DNA of 64,000 nucleotides from Candidatus Nealsonbacteria bacterium (GCA_003560665.1 PWKK01000023.1:186040-250039), one strand, 5' to 3'; counted from the first letter of the stretch, positions 1 through 11,210 are shown. Translations and numbers: made by a program. The notes: generated by a model from the letters alone, not told the origin.

Positions 1-2
1 AA

Positions 3-1265
3 CTAAGGGATGTTTCACGCTTTGACAGGAAAAACTACTTTTATCCCGACCTACCAAAAGGTTACCAGATATCACAAGACCGAAGACCACTTTGCTTTAA
101 CGGCTATCTTGAGGTTGAAGGAAGAAGGATTCGTGTCAACCGTATTCATTTAGAAGAAGATACGGGTCGCCTCGTTCATGACGAAAAAGCGGGGCACTCT
201 TTAGTAGACTTTAACCGTTCAGGAGTACCTCTCATGGAGCTTGTGACAGAAGCAGATATCCGTTCGGCAGATGAAGCACGGAAATTTGCCGAAGAACTGC
301 GATTGATATTCCGTTACCTGGGAGTGTCTGGAGCAAACATGGACCAGGGACAGATGAGAGTAGAAGTAAATATTTCTCTTTCACACATGGAAGGAAGAAA
401 AGGAACGAGAGTGGAGATTAAAAATCTAAATTCATTTCGTGCCGTCTATCACGCCACAGAGTATGAAATAAAAAGGCAGAGCGCGTTGATTGAAAAAGGA
501 GAAAGGGTTGTTCAAGAAACACGGGGGTGGAATGATAAAAAAGAAGAAACATTTAGCCAGAGAGACAAAGAAGGAGTACACGATTATCGCTACTTTCCGG
601 AACCTGACCTTCCTCCATTGAATCTAAAAAAAGAGCCGTTTAACAAAGACAAAGTTCAACTAGAAGTAGAGCTACCGCAAAAAAAAAGAAAGCGTTTTCA
701 CGAATAATACGGAGTAGAAGGGCCAAAAGAGATAGAAGTTTTTATAAGTAACCGGGATTTAGCGGATTATTTTGAAGGAGTTATCTCGGATGCGATTGGA
801 AGAATAAAAAAGGAAGAGTGGAAGGATAGCTTAAGAGAGGAAGAGAAAAAAGAAATTATTCGTATTTCTAAAAGCTATCTTCTTTCTGACTTTTTAGGGA
901 TACTTGAAGGGAGGTCGATAAAAGAGTCTTTGATTGATCCAGACCAGTTTGCAGAGTTTGTTTTACTTATTTATAAAAAAGAAATTTCCAGCAAAATTGC
1001 AAAAACAGTTCTGAAAGAGATGTTTCATGAAGGGAAAAGTGCTGGGGAAGTTATTAAAGAAAAAGATTTATCGCAAATGAGTGACCAAGGAGAGATAGAA
1101 AAGATTGTTTTAGAGGTAATCGAGGAAAACAAAAAGGCAGCAGATGACTACAGGGAGGGGAAAGAGGAGGCGCTTAAGTTTTTGGTAGGAAAAGTGATGG
1201 CAAAAACAAAAGGGAGAGCCGCCCCCGAAGAGGTAAACAAAATATTTAAACAACAGCTAAAATAA
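3..1265 (+). CDS. gatB: Asp-tRNA(Asn)/Glu-tRNA(Gln) amidotransferase subunit B; 5' truncated by the window edge; single in-frame TAA at 705-707
   Basis: Frame 3 from base 3 reads SRFDRKNYFYPDLPKGYQISQ...HLEED...DFNRSGVPLMELVTE...YRYFPEPDLPP. After TAA(705-707) the same frame continues YGVEG... into the 930..1265 ORF (GatB/Yqey C-terminus FLVGKVMAKTKGRA). Confidence 0.95.
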
Positions 1266-1279
1266 GATTCTGTAAAAAG

Positions 1280-2194
1280 TTACCCCTCTGATAGCCAAAG
1301 AAATGTTTTGGTAAGAGCTTCAGCTTCCCGGTAGTTTTTAACCCAGTTTATTCTTTCGTCACGCTTCCACCACTGCATCTGTCGCTTACTGAGTTTACGA
1401 GTATTGGCAATAATTCCTTGTTTCATCTCTTCGTAGTTGATTTTGTCTTGAAGATAAAGAGCGGTCCACCTATATTCTAATCCGAATCCCTCTATTCTTT
1501 TCCACGAAACACCGTTGTCTTTTATTCTTTTCGTCTCTTCAACCATTCGCAATTTTAAGCGCTTTTTTAAGCGCTTCTTTATTTTTTTGTTTAACTCTTC
1601 CTGACTTATCTTTATTCCCAAGTAAAGAGGGGAGTAGGGTGGCTTTGTTTTTATTTTCGGAACCGGTCTTTTTGTTTCTTTAATAATTTCAAAAGCTCTT
1701 ATCAGCCGTCTTTTGTTTCTTTTGTCAATATTTTTTGCCCTTACGGGATCTTTCTTTTTCAGTTCTTTGTATAGCTGCTCTGTGTTTTTTCTCTCTAACT
1801 CTTTTCTCAGCTTCCAATCAGGAGAAACTTCCGGAATTACAATTCCGTTGACGAGAGCAGCGATATAAAATGCAGTCCCTCCGCAAACAACGGGAGTTTT
1901 TTTCTTTTTTAATATTTTTTCGATTGCTTTCTGGGAAAGCTCTTTGTACTGAGCAACGGTAAATTTTCTTTTCGGGCTTGCAACATCTAAAAGGTGGTGT
2001 GGGACACCTTTCATTTCCTCGGGAGTAATCTTTCCTGATCCGATATCCATTCCCCGGTAAACCTGTCTTGAATCGGCAGAAACAACTTCCCCGTTAAATT
2101 TAAGAGACAGTTTTACTGCCAATTCACTTTTCCCCGAAGAAGTTGGTCCGAGAACAATGATTATTTTCGGCTTATCTTTCCTTTTAATCCCCAT
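1280..2194 (-). CDS. miaA: tRNA dimethylallyltransferase
   Basis: GPTSSGKS P-loop, SADSRQVYRGMDIGSGK, VPHHLLD, CGGTAFY motifs. Confidence 0.96.
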   Translation of the reverse strand: MGIKRKDKPKIIIVLGPTSSGKSELAVKLSLKFNGEVVSADSRQVYRGMDIGSGKITPEEMKGVPHHLLDVASPKRKFTVAQYKELSQKAIEKILKKKKTPVVCGGTAFYIAALVNGIVIPEVSPDWKLRKELERKNTEQLYKELKKKDPVRAKNIDKRNKRRLIRAFEIIKETKRPVPKIKTKPPYSPLYLGIKISQEELNKKIKKRLKKRLKLRMVEETKRIKDNGVSWKRIEGFGLEYRWTALYLQDKINYEEMKQGIIANTRKLSKRQMQWWKRDERINWVKNYREAEALTKTFLWLSEG

Positions 2195-3414
2195 GAAGAG
2201 TAGTCGGTTATTTCTGCTTTAATAAATTTTCCAATTAGTTCTTTGGAGCCTTCAAAAAGTACGGTTTTATAGCCTTCTGTTTTTCCGAAAAGAAAGCCCT
2301 TCTTTTTACTTTCCTTGGTGACTAATACCCGTAGTTTTTTCCCTTTGTAGGGCTTGTTTTTTTCCAGGCTGCTTTCTTTTAAAATTTCTACCAGTATTTT
2401 TTCTCTTCTCCTTTTTTCTTCTTCGGAGACTGTTTCCTCCATTTCGGAGGCGGCGGTTTGCGAGCGAGAAGAATAGCGGGCGATATAGGCCATGTCAAAC
2501 TGTATTTCGCTAAACAGGGTAGCTGTGTTGCGGAATTTTTTTTCGGTTTCTCCCGGAAAACCAACAATAATGTCCGTTGAAAGAGCGATGTCGGGTATTT
2601 CTCTTCTAACTCTTTTCACTGTTTCTCGATAATCTTGCGCCGTATACGGACGGTTCATTTTTTCTAAAATTGCATTGTCTCCAGATTGAACAGGGAGATG
2701 AAGATAGTTAGTGACCTTTTTACAATCTTTAATCGTGAAAATAATGTTGTCGGAAAAATCTTTCGGGTGAGAAGTAGTGAACCTTAACCAGAAATTACCA
2801 TGTATTTTGTTTATTTCCTTCAAAAGCTTTGAAAAATCGACTCCTCCGTTATAGGAGTTTACATTTTGTCCCAAAAGCCACACTTCTCGGTAACCTTTTT
2901 TTATAGCTTCTTTCACTTCTTTAATGACTTCCGTTGCCGGGCGGGAAAACTCCCTTCCTTTTGTATAAGGAACGACACAGTAAGAGCAAAAGTTATTACA
3001 TCCAGTCATAATAGAAACGTATGCAGTTGGACCGCTCCTTTTTAAACTTAAATTAAAAAAGGGAATATTTTCCTTCTTTAGAAAAGGTAGTGGCCATGAG
3101 GAAACAAGGGTGATAGGCAGCACATGATCGGCAAGAGGGGATAATTTTTTCCGATCTTTTTCTAGCAAGCAACCGGTAACGATTATTAACGGTTTATTTT
3201 TAATTTTCCTTAGTTTTCTGATTTTTCCTTCTATTCTGTCAACAGCAGACTGTCTTATGCTACAGGAGTTTATCACAACAATATCAGATTTTTCTGCAGG
3301 CGCTTCTTTTAATCCTTTTTCATCAAAAAAACCGGCGATTCTTTCGCTGTCATTTATGTTCATCTGGCATCCGTAAGTAATGATTGAATAACTTGTAAAG
3401 AGATTATTCGTCAT
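2161..3414 (-). CDS. miaB: tRNA 2-methylthio-N6-isopentenyladenosine synthase (radical SAM methylthiotransferase)
   Basis: TYGCQMN N-terminus, CNNFCSYC radical SAM motif, HLPVQSG, IIVGFPGE, TRAM-like C-terminus; adjacent to miaA. Confidence 0.93.
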   Translation of the reverse strand: MTNNLFTSYSIITYGCQMNINDSERIAGFFDEKGLKEAPAEKSDIVVINSCSIRQSAVDRIEGKIRKLRKIKNKPLIIVTGCLLEKDRKKLSPLADHVLPITLVSSWPLPFLKKENIPFFNLSLKRSGPTAYVSIMTGCNNFCSYCVVPYTKGREFSRPATEVIKEVKEAIKKGYREVWLLGQNVNSYNGGVDFSKLLKEINKIHGNFWLRFTTSHPKDFSDNIIFTIKDCKKVTNYLHLPVQSGDNAILEKMNRPYTAQDYRETVKRVRREIPDIALSTDIIVGFPGETEKKFRNTATLFSEIQFDMAYIARYSSRSQTAASEMEETVSEEEKRRREKILVEILKESSLEKNKPYKGKKLRVLVTKESKKKGFLFGKTEGYKTVLFEGSKELIGKFIKAEITDYSSWGLKGKISRK

Positions 3415-4507
3415 ATATTTTTTCCTTCCTTTTTCTTAAATCTTCGAGGATTTTTTCGAGAGAGGTAGAAATATTTTTCTGGGAAGATTTCGAAGAAGGG
3501 CGGGGTGATTGAGGGCGAGAGAAATTTTCATTTCGAGAAAGAATATAGTGTCTAACCTTTATCAAGGGGAAGGCGACAGTATCCATAATAACATGTAAAA
3601 AACGTTCCCTTTCTTGAATCATATAAATCTCTTTTGCAATTTCTTTTATCATTACTCCCACAAAGCAAGTAAAAACAAAAAGGGAAAACAGTATGGCCGA
3701 ATAAAAAGAGGGAAGGCTTAAAAGTTCCAGGATTAAAAAAATAATTATTGCTATAAAAACAAACCCAATAGAATAAAATATGTTTATGAGAAGGTGGGTC
3801 GGATTTTTTTTCTCTTTAGAGAAAAAGACGCTGCATGAAGTATCTTCCTTTTTTTTGTACAAGATACTCATTATCTCCAGGAGTATTCTTTTTTTGTTTT
3901 TTGAGGGAAGAGCAGGAAGATTAAAGACAAGAGAGGCAGCCATTAACGTTGGAACCAATGAGAGAAGAACCCTGGACTGTAAAGTAAAGTTGATTAAGAA
4001 GAAAGAAGATAAAAAAACGATGAAGAAAACAAACAAAGTTAAAAAAAGTATTCTTTGATGTATTCTTTTTTCTAGCCTTTTCTTTCTTTTTTCATAAATT
4101 ACTTCTGCCTCTTCTTTCAATCTTTCCGGATCGGAAAGAAACTTTTTCAATCCATTTTTTTTGTTTTTTAAAATCTCACCGATAATCAAGTAAGCTGTTT
4201 TGTGGGCTCTACAGAAAAGGTATATTTTTTTGAAAGCACTTTTCTCTAGAAGATACTTGAAATCTTTTTTTCCGGGAAATGCGTAGCCTAGAGAAGACGA
4301 ACGGTCGAAATTAAAAACAGCTTGCAGGACGGCGATATAAAGAAGGGAGTTTTTTTCTTCTTCGGTAATATTTCCCTCAATTTTTATCTTTTTTTTAATC
4401 GAATTAAAGGTATATTCGTAAATGATTTCAGTCAAGCTACCTTCTTTTTTATCAAGACGGCTGATGTCTTTTATTAGTTTTTGTGTTAAAGGGGACGGTT
4501 CAGCCAT
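3404..4507 (-). CDS. Hypothetical membrane protein (about 4 TM segments in the C-terminal half)
   Basis: 367-aa ORF between thrS and miaB with hydrophobic segments; no family recognised. Confidence 0.7.
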   Translation of the reverse strand: MAEPSPLTQKLIKDISRLDKKEGSLTEIIYEYTFNSIKKKIKIEGNITEEEKNSLLYIAVLQAVFNFDRSSSLGYAFPGKKDFKYLLEKSAFKKIYLFCRAHKTAYLIIGEILKNKKNGLKKFLSDPERLKEEAEVIYEKRKKRLEKRIHQRILFLTLFVFFIVFLSSFFLINFTLQSRVLLSLVPTLMAASLVFNLPALPSKNKKRILLEIMSILYKKKEDTSCSVFFSKEKKNPTHLLINIFYSIGFVFIAIIIFLILELLSLPSFYSAILFSLFVFTCFVGVMIKEIAKEIYMIQERERFLHVIMDTVAFPLIKVRHYILSRNENFSRPQSPRPSSKSSQKNISTSLEKILEDLRKRKEKIYDE

Positions 4508-4528
4508 ATTTATTTAGCAATCATAGTA

Positions 4529-6277
4529 CTACTTGTCCTTGTTAAACTTTTTTACTGTTGATTCTTTCTTTATTCTTGTTACTAGATTGTCGAGGTTTAC
4601 CATTCCCTCATCTTTGCCGCGGTATCTAACACTCACTGATTCGCCGGCTTTTTCTTTCTCTCCGACAACGAGCAAATATGGTATTTTTTGGACCTCACCG
4701 TTCCTTATTTTCTTAGAAAGAGTTTCATTATCGATGTCCAACGAAACTCTGAAATTTTCCTCTTTTAATTTTCCGAGAACTTTTTCCGCGTAATCGTTAA
4801 CTTTTTCGGAAATGGGAATAATTCGTACTTGCTCGGGAGAAAGCCAGAGAGGAAACTCTCCTTTTGTGTGTTCGATGTAAACCCCTAAGAATCTCTCAAT
4901 AGAACCGAGAAGTGCACGGTGAATCATAAAAGGAGTTTGCTCTTTTCCATCATTATCGGTATAGGTCATATCAAAACGGGAAGGAAGATTGAAATCAACC
5001 TGGATTGTTGAAAGCTGCCATCTTCTTCCTACGGCATCGACCGCATCGATATCAATCTTTGGGGCGTAAAATACCGCACCGCCTTCATCCAATTCAAAAC
5101 CGGAAGGGCTAAAAACGGAAAGAGCATCTTTTAGTGATTGTTCTGCCTTTTCCCAGTCTTTGTTCTTTCCAAAATACTTGTCAAGGTTTTTGGAATCACG
5201 AACGGAGAGTTTGTAGACCAAGTTTTCCATCTTGAGCGTACTGTAGATGTAACGGATAATTTTCAGAGCACCAGTGATTTCGCTTTCCAACTGGTCGTCG
5301 GTGCAGATAATATGCGCATCGTCTTGCGTAAATCCGCGAGGTCTTGTCAGGCCGTGAAGTTCTCCTGATTTTTCGTAACGGTAAACAGTTCCCATCTCTG
5401 CCCATCTGATGGGGAGTTCTTTGTAACTTCTTATTTCCGAGTTGTACATTTTTACGTGAAAAGGGCAGTTCATTGGCTTTAAACGGTAATTTTTTTCGTC
5501 AACCGAGAGAGCTCCGTACATATCATCCTTGTAAAATTTTAAATGACCCGAACGCTCCCAAAGGTCTTCACGTGCAATATGTGGTGTAGAAACGGTTTCG
5601 TATCCGTTTTTCAGATATGTTTCCATTGCAAAGTTCATCAAAAGATAACGGATCATTCCTCCTTTCGGAAGGTAAAGGGGGAGCCCTTGTCCCACCTCTT
5701 CATCAAACATAAAAAGTTGAAGTGTTTTTCCTATTTTTCGGTGATCTCTTTTTTCTGCTTCTTCTCTATTGGAGAGATAATCGGAAAGTTCTTTTTTTGT
5801 TTCAAACGCTAACCCGTATATTCTCTTCAGCATAGGATTTTTTTCAGAGCCCATAAAGTAAGCTCCCGCGGTTCTGTCTAATTTAAAGCTGTTCGGGTCG
5901 ATTTCTGCGGAAGTATTTACATGAGGACCATTACACAAATCTATGAATTTTTCGCTTTCGTAAACAGTGACACTTTTTTCTTTAACAGCATCAATCAGTT
6001 CTTTTTTATAGGGCTCATTTCGAAATAAATCTTTTGCCTCTTTTTTGCTGATTATCTTTTTCTCAAAAGAGATGTTTCGCTTTATTATCTCTTTCATTTT
6101 CTCTTCGATTTTCGGAAGATCATCTTCACCGATATTTATATTATCGAAATCATAGTAAAAACCGTTTTTAATGGCCGGCCCTGTTCCGAGAATTGTTTCC
6201 GGGTAAAGTTCTTTTACGGCACTTGCCAAGATGTGTGCCAGTGAGTGTCTGATTTTTTCTATATTTTTGTTAACCAT
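4529..6277 (-). CDS. thrS: Threonine--tRNA ligase (short form without the N-terminal TGS domain)
   Basis: RHSLAHILA, DLCNGPHV editing domain, LKPMNCPFH, LTRPRGFTQDDAH, MIHRALLGSIERF. Confidence 0.97.
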   Translation of the reverse strand: MVNKNIEKIRHSLAHILASAVKELYPETILGTGPAIKNGFYYDFDNINIGEDDLPKIEEKMKEIIKRNISFEKKIISKKEAKDLFRNEPYKKELIDAVKEKSVTVYESEKFIDLCNGPHVNTSAEIDPNSFKLDRTAGAYFMGSEKNPMLKRIYGLAFETKKELSDYLSNREEAEKRDHRKIGKTLQLFMFDEEVGQGLPLYLPKGGMIRYLLMNFAMETYLKNGYETVSTPHIAREDLWERSGHLKFYKDDMYGALSVDEKNYRLKPMNCPFHVKMYNSEIRSYKELPIRWAEMGTVYRYEKSGELHGLTRPRGFTQDDAHIICTDDQLESEITGALKIIRYIYSTLKMENLVYKLSVRDSKNLDKYFGKNKDWEKAEQSLKDALSVFSPSGFELDEGGAVFYAPKIDIDAVDAVGRRWQLSTIQVDFNLPSRFDMTYTDNDGKEQTPFMIHRALLGSIERFLGVYIEHTKGEFPLWLSPEQVRIIPISEKVNDYAEKVLGKLKEENFRVSLDIDNETLSKKIRNGEVQKIPYLLVVGEKEKAGESVSVRYRGKDEGMVNLDNLVTRIKKESTVKKFNKDK

Positions 6278-6407
6278 ACATTTTTATTTATTTTTTATAT
6301 TATACCATCAATAACAGAAACAACAAAGGAGAGCAGTAAAGGCTAAGCAAGTGCAGTTAAAATATCCTTATTCTGTTACTAGTATCGGCTCAAATGTGTG
6401 TTCTGTG

Positions 6408-9400
6408 TCATGTTATTTCTTCTGCGTTTTCACAGATAATTTTTGGCGCTTCGTCACGGTAGCTCATTTTCCCGGAAACAAAAATAGATTTTCCTTCTTC
6501 AAAGAAACCACCGTTTTTCTTTAATGTACGAGGAAAAACTATTACCTCGATATTGTCTGTTAAGTCTTCTACGCGAACAAAGTACATCGGCTCTCCAGAT
6601 TTGGTTGTTATTTTTTTAACACTGGAAACAATAACGCCGACTCTTACCTTCGTTTCGGAGACCTGTTTTTTTGCTTTTCGGATTGTAATCCCTCCGTTTT
6701 CTGTTTTCTCTCTTAGGTGTTCTAACGGGTGTCCGGTAATAAAAAGCCCGAGGAGTTTTTTTTCCCACTCCAGCTTTTCTTTTTCGCTTAGTGGGGGAGA
6801 TTTCTCCAGCTTTAAATCTGCTTGCATCATTTCCGTGTCAAAAAGACCGCTCTGACCGTTAGTCTTGTTTTTTCTTTTTTCTCTGCTGTATTCGAGTATT
6901 CTGTCAATGTTGTAGAGGAGCTCTCCTCTTTCTCTGAAATTATCAAAAGCACCGGAGAGAATAAGGCTTTCCATTGATTTTTTGTTTAAACTTTGAGATT
7001 CGATGCGTGTCAAAAAATCGTCAAGAGAAGCGAAGAAACCGTTCTCTTTTCTTTCTTTTATAATAACTTCCACGATCTTCGTGCCTACATTTTTTATTGC
7101 TGAAAGACCGAAACGAATCTGGTTTTTCTCGGGAACAACACTAAAGCCCATAAAACTTTCGTTGATATCGGGAGGGAGAACATCGATTCCCATCTTTTTG
7201 CAATCGCCGATTAAGAAGCCTATTCTTTCGGTGTCGTTTTGGTCTGCCGTAAGAAGAGAAGACATAAACTCTTTCGGGTAGTGGGCTTTAAGGTATGCGG
7301 TTTGGTAGGCAATTTGCGCGTAAGCGGCAGCGTGACTCTTGTTAAAAGAGTATTGCGCAAAGGGTTCTATCCAACTCCAAAGCTTTTGACCAACCTCTTC
7401 TCTGATCCCGTTTTCCTTAATTCCCTTCATAAATTTGCTTTTTTGTCCTTTAAGCAGTTTTTCAATCTTTTTACCGATAGCCTTTCTTAAAACATCTGCT
7501 TCTTCTAGTGTATAACCGGCAAGGTCGCTGGCAATCTTCATTACCTGTTCCTGGAAAACACAAATACCGTAAGTCGATTTTAATATCGGCTCTAAGCGTG
7601 GATGCAAGTATGTTATTTCTTTTTTTCCTTGTTTTCTTTCGATATATTCGGGAATAAACTTCATCGGGCCGGGTCGGTAAAGAGAAACCATGGCAATAAC
7701 CTCCTCGATGTTATTTGGTTTGAGTTGTTTTAAGTATCTTTGCATTCCTCCGCTCTCCAGTTGGAAGATTCCAACAGTTTTTCCTTCCCGAAGAAGAGAA
7801 AATGTTTTTTTATCGTCTAGAGGGATTGTTTCGAGATCAATATTTTCTTTATGGATGGCATATATTTTTTTTAAGGTATCTTCAATTGTAGTTAGATTTT
7901 TTAGTCCTAAAAGGTCCATTTTTAAAAGACCCAAATCTTCTATGTAATCCATCGAGTATTGTGTTACGGTAACTTCTTCATTTTGAGTGGGGTGTTGGAG
8001 GGGAACGATATCTTGAAGAGGTTTGTCGGAAATAACAACCCCACAGGCATGAGTTGAAGCGTGCCTGGTTACTCCCTCCAGTTTCTCGGCATGGTCGATA
8101 AGCTCTCGCGCACTTTTGTCCGTATCGTACAGCTGTCTAAACTCTCCGACGTTCTCTCTTGTTTCTTTTAAATTTGAACCGAAAGGAATCATCTTTGCAA
8201 TTTTATCACAGTAGGAGTATGAATATCCAAGAGACCTACCAACATCTCTGATTGCTGCTCTGGCGGCCATTGTTCCGAAAGTAATTATTTGTGCAACCCG
8301 GTCTTTACCATATTTTTCCGCAATGTAGTTTATTACTTCGTCTCTTCTTCTGTCTGCAAAATCGAGATCGATGTCGGGTAAGGAAACTTTCGCTCTTCCA
8401 GGATTGAGAAATCTTTCAAAGATAAGACCGTAGTGCAAGGGATCAATGTTTGTTATTCCCAGAAGATACGCAACAAGAGATCCACCGGCACTACCCCTAC
8501 CGGGACCAACAACAATCTTCTCTTCCTTTGCCCAGTTAACAAAGTCCTGAACAATAAGAAAGTAAGAAGAAAGGTTTGCATCGATGATAACATCAAGCTC
8601 CATGTTGAGACGATTTTTTATCTCTTTTGTTTTTTCTTTATTCCGTTGAGGGTATCTTTTTTCAATACCCTTTTCGCAAAGCTCTTTTAGTTTCTTGTCT
8701 ACTGTTTTCCCTTCTTCGACGGGGAAGTGAGGAAGTATAATTTTTCCCAAAGAAATCTCCAGATCACACATCTTCTTTATTTTCTGAGTGTTCTCCAGCG
8801 CTTCGGGGACATTCTCAAAAAGTTTTTTCATATCCTCCGGAGTGCGCATTGAAAAGTCATCATCTGTCATTGTAAGGCGCTCAGAATTGTTAATGTCTGA
8901 TCCGGTTCCGATAGACATTAAAATATCTTGTGTTGTTGCATCTTCTGACTGCAGATAGTGGGAGTCACAGGTAGCGACAAGAGGAATTCCCGTTTCCCGT
9001 GATATTTTTATAAACTCATCATTTACTATTTTTTGTTCTTCAATATTCGGATGGTGTTGGATTTCTAAGTAAAAACTATTTTTTTCAAAGATATTCTTGT
9101 AATAAAGTGCCAACTCTTTTGCCTTTTCTCTTTCTTTTGTAAGAACGAGATGGGGAACTTTTCCCTTAATGCAAGCGGTAAGGGCGATCAAACCCTCCGT
9201 ATGATTTTTTAAAAAGTCTTCATCTATTCTCGGCTTGTAATAAAAACCCTTAAGTTGTGCTTGGGTGATTATCCTCACTAGGTTTTGATAACCTTTTTCG
9301 TTTTTTGCAAGAAGAACCATGTGGTATGACTTGTTGTCTATATGTGGCCTTTTGTCGAGCATTCCGTCTGTTGCCATGTATATTTCTGCACCGATAATAG

Positions 9401-9581
9401 GCTTTATTCCCGCTTCTTTTGCTTTTTTGTAGAACTCAATAGATCCATAAAGCGCACCGTGATCGGTAAGAGCCACAGAGTCCATGCCATGTTTTTTTAC
9501 ATGGCTCAGGAGTTGATCTATTTTTGGTAGTCCGTCTAAAAGACTGTACTCGGAGTGGACGTGTAGATGAGTAAAAGACAT
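6408..9581 (-). CDS. dnaE: DNA polymerase III alpha subunit
   Basis: FTHLHVHSEYSLLDG PHP domain, GPGRGSAGGS, PDIDLDF, FNKSHAAAY. Confidence 0.98.
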   Translation of the reverse strand: MSFTHLHVHSEYSLLDGLPKIDQLLSHVKKHGMDSVALTDHGALYGSIEFYKKAKEAGIKPIIGAEIYMATDGMLDKRPHIDNKSYHMVLLAKNEKGYQNLVRIITQAQLKGFYYKPRIDEDFLKNHTEGLIALTACIKGKVPHLVLTKEREKAKELALYYKNIFEKNSFYLEIQHHPNIEEQKIVNDEFIKISRETGIPLVATCDSHYLQSEDATTQDILMSIGTGSDINNSERLTMTDDDFSMRTPEDMKKLFENVPEALENTQKIKKMCDLEISLGKIILPHFPVEEGKTVDKKLKELCEKGIEKRYPQRNKEKTKEIKNRLNMELDVIIDANLSSYFLIVQDFVNWAKEEKIVVGPGRGSAGGSLVAYLLGITNIDPLHYGLIFERFLNPGRAKVSLPDIDLDFADRRRDEVINYIAEKYGKDRVAQIITFGTMAARAAIRDVGRSLGYSYSYCDKIAKMIPFGSNLKETRENVGEFRQLYDTDKSARELIDHAEKLEGVTRHASTHACGVVISDKPLQDIVPLQHPTQNEEVTVTQYSMDYIEDLGLLKMDLLGLKNLTTIEDTLKKIYAIHKENIDLETIPLDDKKTFSLLREGKTVGIFQLESGGMQRYLKQLKPNNIEEVIAMVSLYRPGPMKFIPEYIERKQGKKEITYLHPRLEPILKSTYGICVFQEQVMKIASDLAGYTLEEADVLRKAIGKKIEKLLKGQKSKFMKGIKENGIREEVGQKLWSWIEPFAQYSFNKSHAAAYAQIAYQTAYLKAHYPKEFMSSLLTADQNDTERIGFLIGDCKKMGIDVLPPDINESFMGFSVVPEKNQIRFGLSAIKNVGTKIVEVIIKERKENGFFASLDDFLTRIESQSLNKKSMESLILSGAFDNFRERGELLYNIDRILEYSREKRKNKTNGQSGLFDTEMMQADLKLEKSPPLSEKEKLEWEKKLLGLFITGHPLEHLREKTENGGITIRKAKKQVSETKVRVGVIVSSVKKITTKSGEPMYFVRVEDLTDNIEVIVFPRTLKKNGGFFEEGKSIFVSGKMSYRDEAPKIICENAEEIT

Positions 9582-9636
9582 AACCGATAAATAAATGTTA
9601 AAAAATGTGCTACAATTCTATATCATTTTAAAAGAT

Positions 9637-10209
9637 ATGGCAAAATTAAGCATCATTGGATTAGACGAAAGTGGAAGAGGCCCTTTGGCAGGACCTGTTG
9701 TCGCGGTTGCAGTAAGAGTGAAAAGCTTTGAGTCCGAGTTAAGAAATAAAAAAATAGGTATTTGCGATTCCAAAAAGCTGACTCCAAAGAAAAGAGAAAA
9801 GATTTACGAGTTAATAGCACGGCACCCCGATGTTGAGTGGGGGATGGGAGTTATTTCAAAGAATATAATTGATAAAATAAATATACTGGAAGCAACTAAG
9901 CTGGCAATGAAAGAAGCTGTGAGCGGAATTGATTACGCCGGATCACTTTTAATTATAGACGGTAATTTTAAAATAAATCTTGAGTGTAATCAAAAACCTG
10001 TTTTAAGAGCGGATGAGAGCGTTTTAGAGTGTTCGATGGCCTCCATTTTAGCTAAAGTGGAACGAGACAAAATGATGGACAGATATCACAAAATTTATCC
10101 CTGTTATGGCTTTCAAAAACACAAGGGATACGGAACAAAGATGCATCGTGAAATGATTAAAAAACACAAACCCTGCCCGATTCATCGAAAGTCTTTTCGC
10201 CTTCTTTGA
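9637..10209 (+). CDS. rnhB: Ribonuclease HII
   Basis: IGLDESGRGPLAGPVV, DSKKL, IDGN, ASILAKVERD, HKGYGT. Start is likely ATG 9637 (the ORF opens at 9595). Confidence 0.96.
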   Translation: MAKLSIIGLDESGRGPLAGPVVAVAVRVKSFESELRNKKIGICDSKKLTPKKREKIYELIARHPDVEWGMGVISKNIIDKINILEATKLAMKEAVSGIDYAGSLLIIDGNFKINLECNQKPVLRADESVLECSMASILAKVERDKMMDRYHKIYPCYGFQKHKGYGTKMHREMIKKHKPCPIHRKSFRLL

Positions 10210-10496
10210 CTTTTTTATTTTAAGCTACAACCACCGTCGGCAACTATAGTAGTACTCTCCAAAAAGTGATTTTAATTTTAAAAACAACAGTGCGAGTAAA
10301 AGAATATTAATCGTAATAGAAGGAAACGGAGCAAAAGAAAATAAAGACGTTCTATAGGCGAAGAGAAAAGAGGGGTATTTACAGAACGGCTATTTTGAGA
10401 CTGAAAGCACCGATTGATCGAGTACAAGCTTCTTTTAATGAAGGTTGCATAAAAAAGGATTTTTTGGTACAATGCAGGGTATTAATTTAATGAAAT

Positions 10497-10763
10497 ATGG
10501 CAGTACCCAAACAAAGAAAAACAAAATCAAGGAGAAATCAACGAAGGATGCACATTCATTTGGACAAGCCATCTTTTGTTGTTTGCCCACAATGCAAAGA
10601 GAAAAAGGTGATGCACACGGTTTGCCGGGAGTGTGGGTATTACAAAGGAAGAGAGGTTGTTGATGTGTTAAAAGAAAAAAAGTCCGGCTCCGAAAAAGAA
10701 ACGGGCAGAGAAAAGAAACCTCTCACAATGGAGGCGATGTCTAAAAAAGAGAAAAAGCAATAG
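10497..10763 (+). CDS. rpmF: 50S ribosomal protein L32 (zinc-ribbon type) with a charged C-terminal extension
   Basis: [17 protein letters not shown]...CPQC...[12 protein letters not shown]. Confidence 0.96.
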   Translation: MAVPKQRKTKSRRNQRRMHIHLDKPSFVVCPQCKEKKVMHTVCRECGYYKGREVVDVLKEKKSGSEKETGREKKPLTMEAMSKKEKKQ

Positions 10764-10777
10764 TTTTTTATATATTT

Positions 10778-11209
10778 ATGTCTTCTCGTCACCTGGCACG
10801 ATCAATTGCACTTCAGTCGCTTTACGAGTGGGATTTTCAGGAAGAAAAGAAGATTGATTACAAAACTATTGTCGAGAGAAACATAAAGGAGCAGGAAAAA
10901 AAAGTTAAAGGTGCTGAATTTGTTTACAGTTTGGTTGGGGGGGTGATTTCCAACATAGAAGAATTAAACAAGATTATTTCAGCTGCTGCCCCGGAGTGGC
11001 CCCTTGAAAAGATTACAGCAATTGACCGCAATGTTTTGCGAATGGGTCTTTATGAGTTGATTTATGGAGATGAAAAGGAAGTTCCTCCTAAAGTTGCCAT
11101 TAACGAAGCAATTGAACTGGCAAAAAGTTTTGGGGGAAGTAGCTCGGGACGTTTCGTAAATGGTGTTTTGGGAACCGTCTACAAGGAGATAGAAGATAAC
11201 AAAGAGTAG
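10778..11209 (+). CDS. nusB: Transcription antitermination factor NusB
   Basis: [41 protein letters not shown]. Confidence 0.97.
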   Translation: MSSRHLARSIALQSLYEWDFQEEKKIDYKTIVERNIKEQEKKVKGAEFVYSLVGGVISNIEELNKIISAAAPEWPLEKITAIDRNVLRMGLYELIYGDEKEVPPKVAINEAIELAKSFGGSSSGRFVNGVLGTVYKEIEDNKE

Positions 11210-11210
11210 C

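Noticed and set aside
6278..6407. T-box upstream of thrS
   Set aside because: No TGGNACC antiterminator; only a TGnTATAAT promoter close to the start codon.
10210..10496. ORFs 10278..10472 and 10445..10663 near rpmF
   Set aside because: No motifs; the second overlaps rpmF out of frame.
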